Shown here in pieces: positions 44,621 through 50,460 of a stretch of 50,460 nucleotides of DNA. Numbering within the stretch: position 1 is the first letter of the stretch; each line of letters opens with the position of its first letter. Source of the stretch: Terrimicrobiaceae bacterium (GTDB taxonomy: Bacteria; Verrucomicrobiota; Verrucomicrobiia; Chthoniobacterales; Terrimicrobiaceae); NCBI GenBank assembly GCA_044342325.1, contig JBIIPZ010000020.1, forward strand, positions 1 through 50,460, written 5' to 3'. Below the pieces are notes generated by a model. The model made no database searches and was not told the DNA's origin. It saw nothing but the letters and a program-made list of their open reading frames with translations. A program made the position numbers and the translations under genes.

Positions 44621-45901
44621 TTAAAAAGTAATCGCTAAGCGTGCGCCAATGACAAACGCATTGGGAGCGGAATTGTCGCCGCCCGGATTCACAATAAGCT
44701 GGGCATCCGGTTGCAAGATGCACCACGGCGTCAGGACGCATTGGTAGGTGGCCTCAAGGACCATCTCGGAGACCGCGCCATCTCCACCGGCGGCTCCGAT
44801 GTCCTTCCGCGCCTCGGGGCTCAGCGCGGCAAAGCCATAAGCCAGTCCGAAGGAATCCTCATCCCGGCCGGGTATCAGGCCTTTGTAGGTGAACCCCATG
44901 TCGAAGAAGAAATCGACCACATTCCTGTCAGGTGGAGCGAAGCCTGTGCGTCCAAAAAATCCCAACCCCTCGTCGCTGTCGGGTGTGCTGTCCGCCTTCT
45001 CGCGAAACAGCATTTGGTCCAGCAGCAGGTAGAACCCCGAGTTCCCCGATGATGTCGCGTCCGTCAGGGCGTCCGCATATTGCCCGCTTTGAAACCAAGC
45101 ACCCGCCTTCACAAAGCCCGGTAGGAATTTGCAGGCGCCGTCTTTGCCCCAATACAGCTGCGCTTCATTCATCCAAGTGAATCCATTTTGCGCATCCAGC
45201 CTCCAACGGAAACCATGGCGGTTCACATCCTGCGCGAAGACATTTCCCTGATAAACCGCCGACAGGAAAGTGAAGGACTCCACCGGCGTGAATGCAATCC
45301 TCGCACCCGGAGCGCCAACAGGAGAGGCAGCCGCGCCGTTCGGTATGTTCGATCCCGCCAGGGCCGTCCAACCAAATTCCGCATTGATAAAAAGACTCCC
45401 ATAGTCGGAGACAATAAACTCCGAATCCGCCGTGATCTGACCTGCGCGAATCGACAGCTTTTCATCCAGCAAATCTTGCTGCAGCCACAGCTCCAGGCAA
45501 CGCAGCGTGTCGAATCCAGCAATGTTCGAAATCGTGAGAAAATTGCCAACCAGTTCCTGGCTCGCATCCTGCCCTCTCAGCCAGAGCCATGTCGTGCTGG
45601 CCTTGGCCCCATGCCAGCCTAAGATTTTCTCCAAATCCAACTCCGACCCCATATCCAGCAGCCCAGTATAAACCGACCCTGTCCGAAGCCCACCCGCAGT
45701 ATTTCCCCAGACCTCCGCCGTGTAGCTTGCAAAAAACTCCACCCCCCGATCCGACAGCGCTGGCTTCGTGCCAAACCACTCTCCAGTCAGCGTCTCACGA
45801 GACAAAAACGGCGCGGCGACATCTTGAGTCGTGTCATCCTCCGCCGCGCGAAGGAGCAGCGTTGAAAGAAGACAGCATAGAATGGAAATAGCGCACCTCA
45901 T
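44621..45901 (-). CDS. OprB-family carbohydrate porin
   Basis: TLTGEWFG, LDLEKILGWHG, LQPDAQLIVNPGG, terminal Phe; signal peptide from ATG 45901. Confidence 0.88.
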   Translation of the reverse strand: MRCAISILCCLLSTLLLRAAEDDTTQDVAAPFLSRETLTGEWFGTKPALSDRGVEFFASYTAEVWGNTAGGLRTGSVYTGLLDMGSELDLEKILGWHGAKASTTWLWLRGQDASQELVGNFLTISNIAGFDTLRCLELWLQQDLLDEKLSIRAGQITADSEFIVSDYGSLFINAEFGWTALAGSNIPNGAAASPVGAPGARIAFTPVESFTFLSAVYQGNVFAQDVNRHGFRWRLDAQNGFTWMNEAQLYWGKDGACKFLPGFVKAGAWFQSGQYADALTDATSSGNSGFYLLLDQMLFREKADSTPDSDEGLGFFGRTGFAPPDRNVVDFFFDMGFTYKGLIPGRDEDSFGLAYGFAALSPEARKDIGAAGGDGAVSEMVLEATYQCVLTPWCILQPDAQLIVNPGGDNSAPNAFVIGARLAITF

Positions 45902-46002
45902 CTCCAAACCCTCTTTGATTTCCCGCACAGCGGTCAAGGCAACGATCACAACAATCCACCCCCACAAAAGATCGGGCGCGCAATCCGCGCCCATCAAGCG
46001 CT

Positions 46003-46260
46003 CTATCTACCTGCCTTGCTTGCGAGGCTGAGCATTTCTTTTGCGCCAGCCAGCAATCTCTCGACACTCAAATCGCAATCCAATGATTCCCAGTGAAGCG
46101 AGTGGTCGAAAACTTCCATTTCCTGCCGCTCTTGCTCTGTTGCCAGAAGAAGAGTTGGCACATGCTCCAATGGCATGACCACGGTGATGCCCGAGTCCAG
46201 CTTCACTTTGAGCTGGGAGGGCGTGATCTCGGCATTAAGAATTTTGGGAGGCGGATTCAT
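46003..46260 (-). CDS. DUF2442-family protein (putative antitoxin)
   Basis: LKVKLDSG...P.LL.AT..ER...LHWESLDCDLSVERLL. Confidence 0.8.
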   Translation of the reverse strand: MNPPPKILNAEITPSQLKVKLDSGITVVMPLEHVPTLLLATEQERQEMEVFDHSLHWESLDCDLSVERLLAGAKEMLSLASKAGR

Positions 46261-46298
46261 TTCTTACTGGTTAAGCAACCAAGGGTTCTAAATCCAAT

Positions 46299-46754
46299 TC
46301 AGGACCTGCTCCGCAATAACTCTTGGGCATCGATCAAATCTTTGCTGCGGCCGGAGGCTTTTTTATTGCGGAGCAATTCCTCCAATCCAATGAACCTCAT
46401 TTTTCGGCCCAAATAGTCGCATTCTACTGCTGTTTTGCGGCATTCATCAAAGGTCACACCATCGATGCCTGTGAGGACTTGGATTTTTCTCGGTTCCCGC
46501 CCGATTTCGATGATGAACGAGGGCTTGAGGAAATCCTGTTTTTCAATCCCGATCTCGCCAAACCCGAATTCTTGGAAGACTTCCATCAATCGTTGGGCAT
46601 TCATCTCGCTCACCGCGACAAAGAAATCAATATCTCCCGTGTATCTCGGAAAACCGTGAAAGCCGACCGCGTAGCCTCCAACGACGAGATACTCAACAGA
46701 CTTTTTTTCCAATAGCGTAATGAAGTCGAGAAAGTCGGGATTCAGGTTTTCCAT
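46299..46754 (-). CDS. Nucleotidyltransferase-fold protein
   Basis: YLVVGGYAV..HG.PRYTGDIDF, NKKASGRSKDLID. Confidence 0.82.
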   Translation of the reverse strand: MENLNPDFLDFITLLEKKSVEYLVVGGYAVGFHGFPRYTGDIDFFVAVSEMNAQRLMEVFQEFGFGEIGIEKQDFLKPSFIIEIGREPRKIQVLTGIDGVTFDECRKTAVECDYLGRKMRFIGLEELLRNKKASGRSKDLIDAQELLRSRS

Positions 46755-46883
46755 CGTCGTGGGCTTGGCAAATCACCGCCATGGCCGCCAGTCGTTCCTG
46801 GGGAGTTGATTTCAACCAAGGATTTTCACGCTCGCGCAGGCTTTCCAGAGGGCGCTTGGTGACTGTTTTTTCAATCGGCATGG
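46682..46883. repeat. Direct repeat copy 1 (202 bp)
   Basis: Near-identical to 47448-47648. Confidence 0.92.
46693..46881 (-). CDS. Small partner protein of the nucleotidyltransferase
   Basis: 62 aa, WLKSTPQERL motif, overlaps the NTase start. Confidence 0.65.
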   Translation of the reverse strand: MPIEKTVTKRPLESLRERENPWLKSTPQERLAAMAVICQAHDDGKPESRLSRLHYAIGKKVC

Positions 46884-46909
46884 TTTTTTTAAAGTTAGAC
46901 TAATCGAAT

Positions 46910-47212
46910 TCACTTTCTGCTTTTCAATTCCTTGTGAATCCAAACCGGATTTTTGCGAAGATCCAGAATTGCAAAAACCTCGGTGCCAGTGGGCGTTTCG
47001 CGGTAGTAGATTCCGAATGGAAATCTCTCCGAGAGCAGGCGATGGAATCCAAAATGTTTGGAATGGATTCCGTGGAAAAGTCCCAAGCTCTCGATGTCGG
47101 AAACAATGGTATCTTCAAAATAATCTCCAACTCCATTTTCTTGCAGGTCGTAAAACTTGCGCCCTTGCTCGATGTCCTCAGCCGCTTCTTCGAGGACAAC
47201 AATCTTCCTCAT
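46910..47212 (-). CDS. ParE/RelE-family toxin
   Basis: AAEDIEQG..FY....G.GDYF, RFPFGIYY, FAILDLRKNP. Confidence 0.85.
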   Translation of the reverse strand: MRKIVVLEEAAEDIEQGRKFYDLQENGVGDYFEDTIVSDIESLGLFHGIHSKHFGFHRLLSERFPFGIYYRETPTGTEVFAILDLRKNPVWIHKELKSRK

Positions 47213-47427
47213 GATCGTTTTGACGCCAGTCGGGCCTTGAGCTCAGGAATTGTCAGGAATTTTCCTCCGCCAGCTTCCACTTTTGCCAAGCGTTCGGAGA
47301 GAACTTCCCCATGCCACTCAGGAGAAGGGAGTTTGTCTTCCGATGCAGAAAAAGAGCGCCATAGCAACTCCATCGCCTGCAGGCGCTCGGTTGTGCTCAT
47401 ACTTTGGATTTCGGCCTCGGCTAACAT
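47209..47427 (-). CDS. Addiction-module antitoxin (TIGR02574-like)
   Basis: MSTTERLQAMELLW, SPEWHGEVLSER; 4-nt overlap with the toxin. Confidence 0.82.
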   Translation of the reverse strand: MLAEAEIQSMSTTERLQAMELLWRSFSASEDKLPSPEWHGEVLSERLAKVEAGGGKFLTIPELKARLASKRS

Positions 47428-47436
47428 CGGAATAAG

Positions 47437-47646
47437 CTAAATTATCGCGACGAGATACTCAACAGACTTTTTTCCAACAGCGTAATGAAGTCGAGAAAGT
47501 CGGGATTCAGGTTTTCCATCGTCGTGGGTTTGGTAAATCACCGCCATGGCGGAAAGGCGTTCCTGGGGAGTTGATTTCAACCAAGGATTTTCACGCTCGC
47601 GCAGGCTTTCCAGAGTGCGCTTGGTGTCTGTTTTTTCAATCGGCAT
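47437..47646 (-). pseudogene. Duplicated partner gene frameshift-fused to a truncated NTase remnant
   Basis: Matches 46693-46881, then shifts into KKSVEYLV of the NTase frame and stops. Confidence 0.65.
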
Positions 47647-47648
47647 GG
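47448..47648. repeat. Direct repeat copy 2 (201 bp)
   Basis: Copy of the partner gene plus the NTase 5' end, with a T7-to-T6 deletion. Confidence 0.92.
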
Positions 47649-47664
47649 GAGATTATAAGACAAA

Positions 47665-47835
47665 TCACTTCGTAAGACCTTTTGCACAGGCATGCTCCAG
47701 AGTGATAGAGATGACATGACCGGAAGCGTCCAAATCCAAGGTGATATCCTCTGATAACTCCCTTGTTTCGGTTGGTGTGCCTGCACCGAGTTCTAAAAGC
47801 GCAGTGTCGGTGTCTTCAAAGTAATTGATTTTCAT
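47665..47835 (-). CDS. DUF2283-family protein (56 aa, absent from the ORF track)
   Basis: Hand translation MKINYFEDTDTALLELGAGTPTETRELSEDITLDLDASGHVISITLEHACAKGLTK. Confidence 0.72.
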   Translation of the reverse strand: MKINYFEDTDTALLELGAGTPTETRELSEDITLDLDASGHVISITLEHACAKGLTK

Positions 47836-47846
47836 CGAGCGTCGTT

Positions 47847-48059
47847 TTACGCGACTTGCTCCACTTCGAATGGGAGTCTGCGAAGGTTCAGTTTGTTCAG
47901 GCTCATGTGCTTGGAGGCTTGATCAATGTCGATGCCAATAGCGTGGCCTTTATCGTCGATATCCACAACAATGCCTTCTTCAATTTCTCGGGTATCAAAT
48001 CCGGGGCGTTGCGCCAATTCGATGTAAAGACTGTCCGTTTCTTGAAAATATTTAAACAT
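47847..48059 (-). CDS. DUF2283-family protein
   Basis: YFQETDSLYIEL...IVVDIDDKGHAIGIDI; start at 48059 or 48065. Confidence 0.8.
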   Translation of the reverse strand: MFKYFQETDSLYIELAQRPGFDTREIEEGIVVDIDDKGHAIGIDIDQASKHMSLNKLNLRRLPFEVEQVA

Positions 48060-48236
48060 CAACATAATCTGCGGCTGCAAGTTTTGTCTTTGGTCGGCGC
48101 ACTTTAGTATTGATACCTCATCAATTGAGAATGCATTGAAAGGATCGAAATTCTCACAAGTCATCCATGAGTGGATGAAATTCTGCTAATAGACTTATTA
48201 ATAAACACTTATTAAATGTCTGGAGGCAAGTTTTGA

Positions 48237-50237
48237 TCAATCTCGAGGGTTAATTATTATTAGATCATTGGACTGTTGGAACTTAGCATTTGCCAATGTG
48301 CAAATGCGACTCAAAATATCTAAGAAAACTTCGTCTTTAAAATTAAAATAAATTTTATTTTTTTCAAGATTTGTTCTATCAATATTATTAACAATTAAAT
48401 TGATTTCGAGTCCAGTATTTTTTTTGACTTCGTTAACTAATTTATTAATAGCTTCAATGCCAGTAATTCCCGATACATTAAATTCGCTAAAAACTGGATT
48501 TGTGTCTTTTCGTATTTCCACCTTTGTAACTTCACTTTCAGGAATTTTTGGAAGCAAATTTGAGTTGATTTCACTAATTAAAGTTTTTACATCAAGGGAA
48601 TCGGAAGGGGCGATTTCAGCAGATTTAAGAAGCATATTTAATACTTGGGCAGAAAAATGTGTTCTGTTAGTATGCGTAGCAGCCTCACTAAATGATAAAG
48701 CTTCTCTAAGCATACCATTGCAAGCCATGACTATAGGGTAATTGTAAAGTTTGATTGATCTCATGGCATTAATATTGTCTCTTTCGTGACCGACCTGGAC
48801 AATTCCTGAAGCCTCTGCAAAATTACCAACCGTGAAAACATGGTTGCCCAGTATTATTTCTACAGGAAGGGCAAACAGATTCTCAATATTTGCACTGGGG
48901 AGAATTAATGCTATGCAGCCTTCAGCAAAAGCTGCTGTGGCTTTTTGGTAGATTCCTCCTACAGCGCGAACATCACCAAAGCGTCTTACAGACCCTGTCA
49001 CTGCAATTCGCTTATCAATTGGTATTTTTTTAATAAATGATAGAGTGGAAAGTCCCAAAGCAACGCCCGCAGAATCGCCGCCGTAAGCGAGGTTATAAGA
49101 TTTATCAAAAGCGATTGAAATAGCCGATCTAAATAAATTAGGATCGTAATTTGCCTCAATCAAATCTAAAGAGTCTTTAATTGATGCTTTGGAGGCTTTG
49201 TCGATATATGCTTCTGCTTCTGTGTCGCTTGTATTAATAGAAACTTGCTTATCATTTGATCCGAAGTAATTTTCCAAACCTACTTCAGGTTTTTTTTCAA
49301 AATGCTTTTTGGGCCCAAGTGAGACAGAATACGTGTTAACTTTTCCTTGATTTGTGGCACTTGAAACCACTAATCCAGATACAGCTCCAGTTCGTCCATT
49401 GTTTAATTCCTTATAACAGTCTGGATAAAAAATTCCTTTTGAATTCTTGACCGATAAATTTTTGCAATTCTCCAAATCAGAAGAATCAAAAAACAACATT
49501 GTCTTAGGTAGACTAAATTTAAAAGCAGTAGGCGAGTTCCGCAATTGAATAACTTTATCTACATATTGCTTTGTTATTTTTTCCGCTAAAATTTGCCTAA
49601 CTATTTCACGCCTATCTCCATGATTGTCATATAGTTGAATTGATGCCGATATGCCTTCTTGGTTTTGTTCGGTATTTAAAACATTTGAAGTCTCGCTTAC
49701 TTTTCGAATCAAGGCTTTATATTCATCAATCTCCAAATTATTTTTGGATTGATCTTTCTTGAATTTTTCAATGCCTGATTTTACTAGTCTTCTCTCATCC
49801 TCAGAAATATCTATTCTGAGGTTTGTGAACGCGCTAGTGTAGGCCTCATATGTGCGAAGCAATATGAGTAAGTTATCGAACATAATTTTATCTAAAATGA
49901 CTTTTGGAGTATTTGTAGCGAAAAGCTCCTCTATTTCAGCAGGATATTCCTCACAAGTTGATAAAAAAGTGGACGCGCAATCGCTTGCTTTTTGAATAAT
50001 TTCATTTTGTATGTTATCTAAATCATATTTAAGCGTTGAGACAAGTGCAGGGTCCGGAGGTCTAAGGGAACTCCCGGAAGCCGCATTTTTCATTCTGAAT
50101 TCAAGTGACTTAAACTTTGATATATAATTTGTTATTTCAGAATTAGTAGAATTGTATTTTTTTTCGTTGTTGGCAATATACTTTGCCATATTGTGAAGCT
50201 TTGCGTGTAGCTGAGATTGCGAAGACTTTGGTCTCAA
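48237..50237 (-). CDS. AT-rich protein with a Lon (S16) protease domain, probably 5'-truncated
   Basis: GGDSAG (catalytic Ser), IAVTGSV...VRAVGGIYQKA (catalytic Lys); no Walker motifs; frame stays open to 50351 with no ATG/GTG/TTG. Confidence 0.8.
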   Translation of the reverse strand: MRPKSSQSQLHAKLHNMAKYIANNEKKYNSTNSEITNYISKFKSLEFRMKNAASGSSLRPPDPALVSTLKYDLDNIQNEIIQKASDCASTFLSTCEEYPAEIEELFATNTPKVILDKIMFDNLLILLRTYEAYTSAFTNLRIDISEDERRLVKSGIEKFKKDQSKNNLEIDEYKALIRKVSETSNVLNTEQNQEGISASIQLYDNHGDRREIVRQILAEKITKQYVDKVIQLRNSPTAFKFSLPKTMLFFDSSDLENCKNLSVKNSKGIFYPDCYKELNNGRTGAVSGLVVSSATNQGKVNTYSVSLGPKKHFEKKPEVGLENYFGSNDKQVSINTSDTEAEAYIDKASKASIKDSLDLIEANYDPNLFRSAISIAFDKSYNLAYGGDSAGVALGLSTLSFIKKIPIDKRIAVTGSVRRFGDVRAVGGIYQKATAAFAEGCIALILPSANIENLFALPVEIILGNHVFTVGNFAEASGIVQVGHERDNINAMRSIKLYNYPIVMACNGMLREALSFSEAATHTNRTHFSAQVLNMLLKSAEIAPSDSLDVKTLISEINSNLLPKIPESEVTKVEIRKDTNPVFSEFNVSGITGIEAINKLVNEVKKNTGLEINLIVNNIDRTNLEKNKIYFNFKDEVFLDILSRICTLANAKFQQSNDLIIINPRD

Positions 50238-50340
50238 TTGAGCGCTTAAAATAGTGTAGCTTTTAGAGCCAAGTATTGCGTTGATTTCGTTTTGGTAGTC
50301 AAATTCGGCAGTTGAAGAATCAGCAAAATATTTCCTACCT

Positions 50341-50460
50341 GGCTGATTGACTCAAGTGCCCACAATATGTAGTATTCTCTGGTATGTCAGAACGCAGGGA
50401 CCCGAAGTATCCTAAGAATTTTGAGGAATTTCTTGATTGGTTTTCCACGGAAGAGAATTG
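50341..50460 (+). mobile_element. Left end of an IS1595-family insertion sequence (runs off the window)
   Basis: Terminus-like GGCTGATT, TTGACT-17-TAGTAT promoter, ORF from 50384 MSERRDPKYPKNFEEFLDWFSTEEN resembling IS1595 transposase N-termini. Confidence 0.7.

Noticed and set aside
46003..48236. Integron cassette array or CRISPR array
   Set aside because: No integrase, attC-like palindromes or regularly spaced short repeats; the only repeat is the single ~200-bp duplication

Overview
A GC-rich bacterial chromosome segment, inferred to be Verrucomicrobiota/PVC from gene content (TIGR03790-like, DUF2851-like, OprB) and weak Shine-Dalgarno usage. Left arm (1-8 kb): tRNA-Arg(CCG), a CAU-anticodon tRNA, rpsT, cutA, mnmA, ppk1 and hypothetical genes. 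Centre (about 8-38 kb): a minus-strand flagellar basal body, export, hook and stator cluster, flgB-flgC-fliE-F-G-H-I-J-motE/flbB-like-fliK-flgD-flgE-fliL-M-N-O-P-Q-R-flhB-flhA, followed by flgV-like-fliA-motA-motB and two unknown genes. The window has no flagellin, fliD, flgK/L, flgF/G, flgA/H/I, flhF/G or che genes. Six sigma54 (-24/-12) motifs and GGCA-N5-TGCC palindromes link the cluster to adjacent uncharacterised genes: a candidate export substrate, a periplasmic TPR protein, two lipoproteins, and a signalling operon. Three signalling proteins here have degenerate catalytic motifs (ChpT-like pseudokinase, HD-GYP regulator, CckA-like hybrid). Right arm: recN, an MBL hydrolase, TIGR03790-like, DUF2851-like, folB, a HAD hydrolase and an OprB porin. 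After these come a toxin-antitoxin/nucleotidyltransferase patch with a ~200-bp duplication, and an AT-rich Lon-protease-domain gene apparently cut at its 5' end by an IS1595-family element at the window edge. All family calls come from motif recognition by eye; no searches were run.
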